64,000 bases of DNA, taken from contig NIVC01004002.1 in NCBI GenBank assembly GCA_002269645.1, forward strand, positions 1 through 64,000. Reading direction: 5' to 3'. Under the pieces are notes generated by a model. The model was not told where the DNA came from and did no database searches. It saw nothing but the letters and a program-made list of their open reading frames with translations. The translations under genes were made by a program, and so were the position numbers. This document shows, in pieces, positions 39,820 to 51,800 of the stretch. This stretch comes from Macrostomum lignano (lineage: Eukaryota). The stretch's first letter is position 1. Every line of letters begins with the position of its first letter.

Positions 39820-40593
39820 GGAATCCTGTTCAGGCGCAGCAGTTTGGATGAGAACTAATCGGTGGAATTCTGTTCAGGGCAGCAGCTTGCATGAGAACTA
39901 ATCGGTGGAATTCTGTTCAGGGCAGCAGTTTGCATGAGAACTAATCGGTGGAATTCTGTTCAGGGCAGCAGCTTGCATGAGAACTAACCGGTGGAATTCT
40001 GTTCAGGGCAGCAGCTTGCATGAGAACTAACCGGTGGAATTCTGTTCAGGGCAGCAGCTTGCATGAGAACTAATCGGTGGAATTCTGTTCAGGGCAGCAG
40101 CTTGCATGAGAACTAATCGGTGGAATTCTGTTCAGGGCAGCAGTTTGCATGAGAACTAATCGGTGGAATTCTGTTCAGGGCAGCAGCTTGCATGAGAACT
40201 AACCGGTGGAATTCTGTTCAGGGCAGCAGCTTGCATGAGAACTAATCGGTGGAATTCTGTTCAGGGCAGCAGCTTGCATGAGAACTAATCGGTGGAATTC
40301 TGTTCAGGGCAGCAGCTTGCATGAGAACTAATCGGTGGAATTCTGTTCAGGGCAGCAGCTTGCATGAGAACTAACCGGTGGAATTCTGTTCAGGGCAGCA
40401 GCTTGCATGAGAACTAACCGGTGGAATTCTGTTCAGGGCAGCAGCTTGCATGAGAACTAACCGGTGGAATTCTGTTCAGGGCAGCAGCTTGCATGAGAAC
40501 TAACCGGTGGAATTCTGTTCAGGCGCAGCAGCTTGCATGAGAACTAACCGGTGGAATTCTGTTCAGGCGCAGCAGCTTGCATGAGAACTAACC
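39820..40593. repeat. 43-bp minisatellite (about 18 copies)
   Basis: Unit gagaactaa(t/c)cggtggaattctgttcagggcagcagcttgcat; period checked at 39850 and 39893. Confidence 0.98.
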
Positions 40594-40721
40594 CGATGAA
40601 TGTCTAATCTGTCGCAGAAAAGCAAAGCGGCAAACCGATCAGTCAGTTCAGGTGAATTCACAAAATCAATTGGATCAGCGATGAGTGCCGGATGGCTGTC
40701 AGCTGGTGTGAGGCAGGTGCA

Positions 40722-42580
40722 TCACCTGTTGAGGAACCTGCTGCCCCGCTTGCGGCTGGCCTCTCCAGCAGCCTGCTGGGCTGGAGGGGCGGCCGAGGAC
40801 AGGGCCGCTGCTGCTCTGCTGTGCTGCTCGCTGCTGGCGTCGTCTCCCGTATCCACTTCATCATCATCCTCGGTCTCTTCCTCATCGCCAGCCTCCTCGT
40901 CCACCTCATCAACGGTCAGGTGATAGAAGTGGCCGGGAAATTTCTTTGCGCTCTCCACCTGTCGCGTCGACGCCGCTGCCATCTCCGATTCGGCCGTCGA
41001 ATCTGCAGGCGGCTGCACCCGGCGCAGCGCAAGACAGTTCAGCTGCGGCGTCTCCGGCAGCGACGGGCTCGGGCAGCCGCCGTCACCCTTGCGGCTGGAG
41101 CAGCAGTGGAAGACATACAGCAGGACACCCATGGTGATGACAGACACGGTCAGCAGGATCATCGTGCCGATCTCCAGCGGTCGCAACGACTCCTGATTGG
41201 CCGCACGCTGTGAATCGGAGATTAAAATCTAGTTAGTATTGTTGATTTTGCAGAGCCGGGGTTTCAACGAATCAAAATTGAGCTTCCAATGTTCGTCTCA
41301 CATGATCCAGGTTGCGCTGTTCCAGCTCCATCTGCAACAGGGAGCGGTTGAGGGCCGCCAGGCGTTGGTCGAGTGCGTTGATGGCTGCCGATTTGTTGCT
41401 GTGGGCTGCAGGCGAGGCAGGAAGTGGATGAGAGGGCGCAGGAGTGACAATTTGACGCGGCATCGAGGCGAAATTCGTGTAAAAATAGTGGAAAATACTA
41501 GGTAGGTAGGTAGGATTTCTAAATTGAACCAGGAACACAGCCCTCATCTAGAAATTGCCGACCCAAACCTTGAACTACCAGCCCCGACCCAGGAACCGTA
41601 CTTGGTCAATATAATTTAAATATGTTTCAGAGCGAATTTCATGTTCCTACGCCAGCAGCAGCTGTAGCAGATGCTGCACTCACCCATCTGGTTGGCAGCC
41701 GAGAGCTGCGCCACGGACTTCGCCACTTTGTCGATGTCGCTCTGTTCCTGAGCCAGTTTGGCCTTCTCCTTGCCGACCTCGTCAACGGCTGCCCGTATGC
41801 TGTCGAGCACCTTCTTGGGCACCTCCGGTCCGCAGACAGCCCAGCGGCCCTTGTACACCCGGTCGAGCGAGCACCAGAGCACGTGGTACGCATTTCGAGT
41901 ACAGTAGGAGTACTCAGTCCCGTTGTAGAGAAACGGGAAGTAGCAATCTGACTCTGATTTTGGGAGCGATTGAATGGATCTGCTCTGAGCATTACGGATG
42001 AGATCAGCACCGCTGGATACATGAGTAGACGTGATTTATGTACATTTAAAACTAGCAGACTGGCCTAAATGTTCCTCTGAAGGCTCTCAAAGCCGCTGGA
42101 ATAGCTCGAAAGAGCTGAAATTTAGTCGCTAAATCACCGGTGCCAGTTAATTGCGTTGAATTACTTAAAGGCGAAGAACCATGCAGTGCCGGGCCGCTCT
42201 CAGAGGAGCTAATTTTCCCACAGATTTTTTTCAAAATTAATCAGATTTCTGTATTTTTGGTTGAGATTTTTGTTGCAAATTTCCATTCGATGTGCTTTCG
42301 ACGCGCGTACAACCGGCTTAGAGAACACTTTGTGATTTTGCGTCTTACCGGTCTCCAGAATAGTTGCTTTTTGTCAAAATTGTAAATTTGTCAGCCAACC
42401 TCCAATCGAACTACGAGCTAATTTCCCGCTGATGCAGTTTCAATGAGCTTGGTGCAATAAAAAGCCAAGTACTGCTGCATTAAATACTGCGCTGGACTCA
42501 CTTGTGTATCCGGCCACTGATGTGGCGCGCAAGCACAGGGCGGCAGTGAGGAGCCAGCAGGGCAGCCGCCAGGCGGTCAT
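40722..42580 (-). CDS. Uncharacterised type I membrane protein: signal peptide, one fibronectin type II domain, coiled-coil stalk, TM helix, acidic cytoplasmic tail (about 310 aa)
   Basis: Exons 42580-42502 (MTAWRLPCWLLTAALCLRATSVAGYT), about 41965-41684 (CYFPFLYNGTEYSYCTRNAYHVLWCSLDRVYKGRWAVC, FN2 with 4 Cys, then heptads), 41405-41302 (AINALDQRLAALNRSLLQMELEQRNLDH) and 41207-40722 (TM IGTMILLTVSVITMGVLLYVF, CC, acidic run). Splice phases are compatible. Confidence 0.82.
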
Positions 42581-42844
42581 TCGCAGGCTGGTGCAGCTGA
42601 CTCAGTGCGATTCTGCAATGCTTGGTCATTCAATGTTTTAGCCAATTTGTAGCTTATAACTTATTTTCAGCATAGAAACGGCATTGTTGATGGCCTCAGC
42701 TCTTACCGGGCGCGTTCGAACTTAGAAAGCTTGCCACTAGTAGGAAGAAAGCTGTTTGCGCGAATAAATCAGAGAAGCCGTGAAGCAAACAATTCAAATT
42801 GTCATCTCCAACTGAATCAAGTGTAGCTGCGAATCACGGAAGCA

Positions 42845-43230
42845 TTTCTCAGCGAGTAGAAAGCAGCGCGGCCGTTGATTTCAGGGAATTCCTCAGCGAG
42901 TAGAAAGCAGCGCGGCCGTTGATTTCAGGGAATTCCTCAGCGAGTAGAAAGCAGCGCGGCCGTTGATTTCAGGGAATTCCTCAGCGAGTAGAAAGCAGCA
43001 TGGCCGTTGATTTCAGGGAATTCCTCAGCGAGTAGAAAGCAGCGCGGCCGTTGATTTCAGGGAATTCCTCAGCGAGTAGAAAGCAGCGCGGCCGTTGATT
43101 TCAGTGAATTTCTCAGCGAGTAGAAAGCAGCGCGGCCGTTGATTTCAATGAACTTCTCAGCGAGTAGAAAGCAGCACGGCCGTTGATTTCAGGGAATTCC
43201 TCAGCGAGTAGAAAGCAGCGCGGCCGTTAA
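42845..43230. repeat. 44-bp minisatellite (about 9 copies)
   Basis: Unit ctcagcgagtagaaagcagcgcggccgttgatttcagggaattc; period checked at 42848 and 42892. Confidence 0.96.
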
Positions 43231-44086
43231 TTGATTCTCTCGTCTCAACAGTTTCCAGGAATTCACAAACTCACCGAACTGACTGGATATGGAGAGGCGG
43301 TCGCCCTTCCGTCAGCTGCGCAGCGGTGGGTGTAGCTGGGGGAGGCGAGCTGAGGAAGAGGCGCTCTGAGCTGCATGGCTACTCAATCGACCGTTGGTCG
43401 CGCGAATGCTCGGGATCGATTTGTGCACTGAGCAGTTCACGCAGGTATTGGCGTTGCTTATTGGCTGAATTTTCAGCACGGCAGAGCGGCATCAGAAAGC
43501 AATGAAAACTGACCGAGTCCTTCAGCACTTGTCAGCTCCAAGTAGCTGAATTCGACTCAAGGATCTGAATATTTCAAAGCATTCTAGCTCATAGTTCTTA
43601 CACAATAGGAACTATAAACTGCAGAAATGCCAGGAATCCTCTCGGAACTTTTCAGTTCTAATCAAACAGAGATGCACGGGTACGTAGAATTTCAGTAGTT
43701 AAACAACGAGGGGTGTCCGAAAGTTGTGGGAATATTTGATGTGGCACATGTCTGGCTACAACAATCAATGAAAAAGCCTTCAAATCATAGTGAGAGCATC
43801 TGTGAGTAACATGTTTTAGGAACTTTATGAATGGAATTTAGCTTTGATGAGTTATGAACAAACGAGTGCAGTTGGTAAGGACACAACTGACAGAAGTTGG
43901 GCAGCCAAAAATTATGCCAAAGAGCGGCTTGAACTTTACGCTTTGCAACTTTTTTTTAAAGAAAAATCACATCACTTTTATGAGCATGTTTGTGGCCCAA
44001 ACACAAGACAAAAACCACGCAGCAGAAGCAGTACAAATATGGACATCCCTCGTAAATGTCTTCAGAAACTCCAAATGTCTGTCGAG

Positions 44087-45210
44087 ATGATGATTGGCTA
44101 GAAATCCATGACAGCTGATGACTGGCTAGAAATCCATGACAGCTGATGATTGGCTAGAAATCCATGACAGCTGATGACTGGCTAGAAATCCATGACAGCT
44201 GATGATTGGCTAGAAATCCATGACAGCTGATGATTGGCTAGAAATCCATGACAGCTGATGATTGGCTAGAAATCCATGACAGCTGATGACTGGCTAGAAA
44301 TCCATGACAGCTGATGATTGGCTAGAAATCCATGACAGCTGATGATTGGCTAGAAATCCATGACAGCTGATGATTGGCTAGAAATCGATGACAGCTGATG
44401 ATTGGCTAGAAATCCATGACAGCTGCTGATTGGCTAGAAATCCATGACAGCTGATGACTGGCTAGAAATCCATGACAGCTGATGATTGGCTAGAAATCCA
44501 TGACAGCTGATGACTGGCTAGAAATCCATGACAGCTGATGATTAGCTAGAAATCGATGACAGCTGATGATTGGCTAGAAATCCATGACAGCTGATGATTG
44601 GCTAGAAATCCATGACAGCTGATGACTGGCTAGAAATCCATGACAGCTGATGATTGGCTAGAAATCCATGACAGCAGATGACTGGCTAGAAATCCATGAC
44701 AGCTGATGATTGGCTAGAAATCCATGACAGCTGATGATTGGCTAGAAATCCATGACAGCTGATGACTGGCTAGAAATCCATGACAGCTGATGACTGGCTA
44801 GAAATCCATGACAGCTGATGATTGGCTAGAAATCCATGACAGCTGATGATTGGCTAGAAATCCATGACAGCTGATGATTGGCTAGAAATCCATGACAGCT
44901 GCTGATTGGCTAGAAATCCATGACAGCTGATGACTGGCTAGAAATCCATGACAGCTGATGATTGGCTAGAAATCCATGACAGCTGATGACTGGCTAGAAG
45001 GCCATTACAGCTGATGACTGGCTAGAAATCCATGAGAGCTGATGACTGGCTAGAAATCCATGACAGCTGATGACTGGCTAGAAATCCATGACAGCTGATG
45101 ACTGGCTAGAAGGCCATGACAGCTGATGATTGGCTAGAAATCCATGACAGCTGATGATTGGCTAGAAATCCATGACAGCTGATGACTGGCTAGAAGGCCA
45201 TGACAGCTGA
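44087..45210. repeat. 28-bp minisatellite (about 40 copies)
   Basis: Unit gatga(t/c)tggctagaaatccatgacagct. Confidence 0.98.
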
Positions 45211-45830
45211 GGACCTCAACTAGAGAGAAATTATGAATTTATTTCGACATGCTGATGTCTTGACGATTTCCTCGGTGCCCGAGGTTACTGCTGAGCATTT
45301 CGAGATGGCCGCGCTGGTGATGATGGAGAAATCATTACAACTAAATTAGGGCCTTACTGGTCACAGAAATATTGCTTCTGGTCACAGAGTCCAATCTTGA
45401 AATGAACGTTACTGACTCTAGTTCAATTTTGAATGCTCAAGTTGATGGCGAACAGCAGCTGCATGCTCTAGCTACTTTGGTTTACTAATTATAATTTCAT
45501 CGGAAAACTCAACTGCTGAACTCGTGGGCACAGGCGACTACTTTTGAATCCTTAATGTTTTTGATGAGATTTTTTACCTTCATAATGCATTACAATAATT
45601 TGAATCGAAAGTATTGGAAATAACCAAGGCGCCTGTGAGGCTCTTCGCACAGATTGGAATGCCGAGTGCTGCTAGGAACTCTATATGCTGTGCAAGAGAC
45701 TAAGCTAAGCTGCTGGCCATTCCAGCGAGCTGTGTATTTACCCCCGTTCAGTCTGGGGCTGTCAGTGACGTCTCCATATGGTCTCAAAATCTGCAAGAGT
45801 TTCAGACTGTGTCAATCTTCAATTCAACTC

Positions 45831-48800
45831 TCAGCGAGTGTCGGCCGCACTCGTCGACCCGGCGGCGTTTGAGGTCTGGCCGTCCACCGTCTCCAGAGCC
45901 TCTTGGGCATCGATGCGGTTGGGCCCGAGGCGCCAGATGGCGTGCACCTGGGAGGGGGTGGGTTGCGATACATCGGCTGCAGATGGATTAACAACAGACT
46001 AGCGGGGAGGGGGTTGAGATACATCGGCTACAGATGGATTAACAACAGACTAGCGGGGAGGGGGTTGAGATACATCGGTTGCAGATGGATTAACAACAGA
46101 CTAGCGGGGAGGGGGTTGAGATACATCAGCTACAGATGGATTAACAACAGACTAGCGGGGAGGGGGTTGAGATACATCGGCTACAGATGGATTAACAACA
46201 GACTAGCGGGGAGGGGGTTGAGATACATCAGCTACAGATGGATTAACAACAGACTAGCGGGGAGGGGGTTGAGATACATCGGCTACAGATGGATTAACAA
46301 CAGACTAGCGGGGAGGGGGTTGAGATACATCGGCTACAGATGGATTAACAACAGACTTGCGGGAATGGGGACTAAGGGGATTCTGTTCTAGGTTTAAAGC
46401 AAGCACCCCAGAAAAGCAGAGCCCCAGGGGCCACTCCACGGGCGGGGCAGCTCACCTTCGTGCCGAACACCAGGGCCAGCGTGATGGTGGCGCAGCCGCA
46501 GGTGCAAATGGCCACAAGAATCAGCCGCAGCTCATAGCTGGAGTCGGGCAGCACGAAGGCCACGACGACCCCGATGAGCGCCAGCACGGTGGTGTTGTAC
46601 ACACAGACTCCGATCTTCTTCGAGTCGTTGACGGCATCCAGCTGCACGGTGCGAGTCTCCCAGGCGAAGATGATGGCAGCGAACAGGAGAATCCCTGCGG
46701 TTCATCCGGCGAAGAGCTCTATGCATTATTGGTGCTCTTGGAGCACCCAGTTTTTGAAACTTCATTCGATAACATCGATCCTGGCTCCTAATCTCAGCGG
46801 TGTATGTCGAGCAATAAGCAGTTGCGCATTTGGCTACGCGGCAGATTTTGTCTGCATTGCCTCCCCAATGCTTAGTAAGTCTTAATAAAGAGATTTACCC
46901 GATCAAAACATCAAATATTTCAAATATTCTCGTCCTAAGCTCGAGACATTCGAGATCTACTGTAGCTACCATCCTCGTAACTGTACTCATAAGGTCCATG
47001 GCGCTTCCCAACGCCTCTAGTCCCAGGCTCTACTCTGTGCGTCCCAACGCCTCTAGTCCCAGGCTCTACTCTGTGCGTCCCAACGCCTCTAGTCCCAGGC
47101 TCTACTCTGTGTCCCAACGCCTCTAGTCCCAGGCTCTACTCTGTGTGTCCCAACGCCTCTAGTCCCAGGCTCTACTCTGTGCGTCCCAACGCCTCTAGTC
47201 CCAGGCTCTACTCTGTGCGTCCCAACGCCTCTAGTCCCAGGCTCTACTCTGTGCGTCCCAACGCCTCTAGTCCCAGGCTCTACTCTGTGTGTCCCAACGC
47301 CTCTAGTCCCAGGCTCTACTCTGTGTGTCCCAACGCCTCTAGTCCCAGGCTCTACTCTGTGCGTCCCAACGCCTCTAGTCCCAGGCTCTACTCTGTGCGT
47401 CCCAACGCCTCTAGTCCCAGGCTCTACTCTGTGCGTCCCAACGCCTCTAGTCCCAGGCTCTACTCTGTGCGTCCCAACGCCTCTAGTCCCAGGCTCTACT
47501 CTGTGCGTCCCAACGCCTCTAGTCCCAGGCTCTACTCTGTGCGTCCCAACGCCTCTAGTCCCAGGCTCTACTCTGTGCGTCCCAACGCCTCTAGTCCCAG
47601 GCTCTACTCTGTGCGTCCCAACGCCTCTAGTCCCAGGCTCTACTCTGTGCGTCCCAACGCCTCTAGTCCCAGGCTCTACTCTGTGCGTCCCAACGCCTCT
47701 AGTCCCAGGCTCTACTCTGTGCGTCCCAACGCCTCTAGTCCCAGGCTCTACTCTGTGCGTCCCAACGCCTCTAGACCCATGGCTCAACATCTACCTGATC
47801 AAAATCTGCAGATAGTTTCGATAGATGATCTGCTAGATGGCCTGCAGCAGCGCAGGATTTCACGGAGACAGAGAGCTCACCTTTTTTTCCAAATTCGGCG
47901 CCCAGCCAGATGGCTTGGTTGCGGCTGGCGCACAGCAGAATTCTGGCGCTCAGAGTAGACCCGTCCGATCGCTCCTGGAAAGTGTGAAATTTTCGCCACC
48001 AGTGATGCTCACATTTTGCACACCGGACGTTTCACCTGCTCGAAACTCACAGTCCCTTTTATAAGCTCAAAATTTTTTGTCACTTTCCTAAGTCCGAAAA
48101 TAACGGAAGTGCAACCTGACGTGAAGCTGATCACACTTTCAGCGCAGCAACAAAGGTTCGAATATACGAGCTACAATGCAAAAGTACAATTCTCACCTCA
48201 ACAAGATACTCGCTAGCTTGCAAAGCCAACGGGTCCAGGCCGGCCCACAGTGCCAGGAGCACAATGTCAGCGACCACCACCACCACGATGAAGAGCAGCA
48301 AGTACCGGCTTTGCACGGGCTGCACGCAAAAAGTAAACGGGAATTTTTGGTATCTCCAGATTTTCCCAGTCGAGCTCAAGCAACTTGACTTACCGCTTTG
48401 CGCAGCTTGAGGTTGGTGAAGATGCGGTGCACCCACCAGGTCTTAGCCAGCATGGCGCCGAAGGCAGCTGAGTAGCCGAGGGTCAGCAGGGCCGTCTGCG
48501 CCCAGCACAAGGCGGTGCTCACAGACCAGTGCGAGTTCGCGGCCATCACAATGCAGGAGGCGTAGCACATGAGGCAGCCAGCGCCAATCACATTGTTCAC
48601 CAGCGGGCTGCTCATCTTGATGAGGCGCAGCTCCCTGTAGTGAACGTTCACAGCGACCGCCGCCACGGACAGAGCCATGCCCAGTGATGAGATTGACGCG
48701 ATGGCAGTCGTGGCGGGAAGGCTGAGCCTGATGTCCTCAATGATCACTTCTGGGGCGTCCAATGGGGGCTGACCGCCTGGATTGAGGGCCAGAATGGGAC

Positions 48801-51800
48801 TCTTGAAAGCAAAGTGCATGCAGATCTTTTTTAATAGTGCTTGGATTTCTGCAGCATCGAGTGTGCAGCGAATTGAAAATGGAGGGGTCAAAGTGGTGTG
48901 GCGGCAACGCGTCCCATTAGAGTTAGCGGATGCATGGAAGCCTGGCGAGTGCGTGATTCAGACTGCAAGGGGAGCGAGTTATTTATACGCGTGCTTGCGC
49001 TCAGGGGTCAGTGAAATTGGCACCTTTTCTCTCGATCGCCTTCTCAGCAAACCAGCAGACTGAATTTACAACAGAATAAATTACGAGCGAAAAATTGCAA
49101 ATGATTTGTTAAACGAGCTAGATTTTACGTATTTATTAGGTGATACTCGGCCACCCCAACCAGAGGAAACTCACCGATGAACCACAGGTCCTCAAGCCAA
49201 GTGACGTTGCCTTCGGTTGGGTCAAATGTTGCAACCAGGTTTCTCTTGAGGTCTGTGGCAAATAGGATTGCAGATATTTTAGCTCTCCACTTGCTCCTTG
49301 GTACACAGCCTACAGTGGTAAACAGCAGCAAAAATAGCAGCTCTCACTTTTAAGCTGATAAAATCGAATTTGAGACAGCCTGTCGCCTCGCCGGTCAAAC
49401 CTCACTGGACCCTGAGAGGATTGGTGTGGACGGGATGTTGTTAGAAGATCCAGTTTTTTGCCAATGTAAGGTCAGCTTCGCTTGTCTATATGTTGAACTC
49501 GCGGGCTGCGATCTCGTCTAGCCCGGTCGTTTTGTTTTCCCCGGGTAGCGGGTTCGGTGCGGGACTGCCCCGGGTGTGCGGCGGAGGGATGGACAGAAGG
49601 CGAACGGCCGGCGCTCCTCGAGGCGGATGGCCACTCCGAGGGGAAGAGGGAGAGATGCGACTCGGGGGCGTACAGACACTCCTCGGTCACGGAAGGCTCG
49701 GGGTACTGCCGCGGTCAGCGGAGCGGATAGCCACTCAAAGCTGGCCCGGGAGTCACCGAGGTGAATGAGAAAGCGAGGTGAATGTGAGGGATTGGCCGGG
49801 GCGTACAGACACTCCGGACCAATCAAGAGATACGAGGTGATGGACTGGCTGGGGCGTACAGACACTCCAAGCCAATCGAAGAGTGCAGGTGAGCGAGGAG
49901 GTGAGTGTACGCCCCCGAGTCGCATCTCTCCCTCTTCCCCTCGGAGTGGCCATCCGCCTCGAGGAGCGCCGGCCGTTCGCCTTCTGTCCATCCCTCCGCC
50001 GCACACCCGGGGCAGTCCCGCACCGAACCCGCTACCCGGGGAAAACAAAACGACCGGGCTAGACGAGATCGCAGCCCGCGAGTTCAACATATAAAACAGC
50101 CTTTGTGGTATCCCAGCTGCACTGTGTAAATATTAGAGAATAATGCAAGCACCAGTAGTATTTCCTGTGTTGAAGCAATACCGGAAGAAGTTAGAAATAC
50201 AGGTGTCTTTCTGGTGCACCAAAATTAATCGTCTAGAATGTAAAATAAAATGGCGCATCAGTCAGAAGGTGCTCTGAAACCTTTACAACCTTTACAACAA
50301 TTAAATATCAGGATTTGTTCCAAGGCATCCAGAGTAATGATTTTTTGCTCCTTGGCATTTAACCCGCCGTAAGTAAAATCAAAGGAACGGAATGCCCATT
50401 GGTTTTTCGCTCACCGACAGTCCGAGAAAGTCCAGCGACAGCAGGCTGCGGAACAGGCGGGCCTTGAAGCTGGAGTTCGCCAGCTGTGGGCTGGCCTGGA
50501 AGGCCTCCGTCTGCAGGCTGGAATTCAAAGCCAGAGCGGCCGCCATCGCGGCGTCGAAGCGCAGGTCGAAGCCGGAGACCGACTTCATCGAGGTGGCGCT
50601 TGCCCCGGCCCGTCTGGAGGCCAGGAAGTCGGCGTACAACTGGCTCAGCGTCTGCAGATTGGGAACATGATGTACTTTCTAGCCGGTAAACCCTCTCTGA
50701 AGCTCACATTCACCAAGGTTGAACAACATTGTAGGTCAGTTAAGTCTTTATTAGAACCTTCAATGATTTGCCATCTCTTATGATCTTTATAGTTTGTTTG
50801 TGAGCCGAACAGAATTAGCTGATGGAGATCAGAGAGGCGATTATTTTCGGGCTTTCGAACAGGACCTGAACAAAGGTCCTGTGAAATTTCGAGACAAAAT
50901 TCAACTTCCAATAAGACTTCAGCTACAAAAAGTGTTTGGCTTTATCTTTGAGATCAGCAATTCGCGTACCGGACGCTTAGACTCTAAATTAAGAATAAAT
51001 CAGTCAATATGGCTGCTCATCTGAGCCTCACCTTGCCAGCGATGCCCACCCGGGCCTCCGGCAGGCCGGGCTCCATGACGGGCGTGTCGAACTCCACGGC
51101 GCCCTCAAGGCTCCGGGCCCGCTCCGAGTCGGTACAGCTGTCCTGCGACGAGGCTGTGCCAGAATCCGGAAATCCCAATTGAATCCAGGAGTACTTCATG
51201 CCGTAGGCCCCGAGGCTGTAAATCTGCAGGGTTTGCGCCATCGAGGCGGTTACTTTGACAAGACTACCGCACAATGTGCTCTCATCACAGAAGAATGAAT
51301 GGAATGAAGCGCTAATCCTGGCTCGGGTATTTTTCACACGGATCCTTTCACATGGAGCCAGAGCAAGCTCCAAGTGAGATGATATTTCGGCACAAGTATT
51401 GCGTCACGACTAATTTTTTTCGAAATGGGAACCTGAAAATTTAACTGTTGTTTCCGCATGAAACCAAGGTTTTTTCTCGGGGCCAATAGAAACCTGTGAA
51501 TTATTTAATATTTTTTACTTCCAGGTCAACACTACAAAATTATTCCCAGAATAAAATATTACATTTTTCATGAGCCCCTTGATATTAATTAACGTGGGTA
51601 GCTCGAAACATCGTACCCCGTACCCCGTGCCTTGGTTCCGATGAGCACCTCGATTTCGAACGAAAACATTTCTGGATTGGCTTCAGAGAAAAATTTCAAT
51701 ATTCTGCACGAGTCAGTCATTTATTGAGTCATTGAACGATAAGTCTCTTTAAAGTTTCTACTCGTTCAGCTTCCAGATAAAGAGGCCTAACAGTTCCAGT

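Noticed and set aside
44087-45210. Hammerhead ribozyme or C/D-box resemblance (CTGATGA...GAAA in each 28-bp unit)
   Set aside because: The 7 nt between CTGATGA and GAAA cannot form a proper stem II, and no stem I/III partner or NUH triplet fits. A covariance-model search (Infernal, hammerhead models) would settle it.
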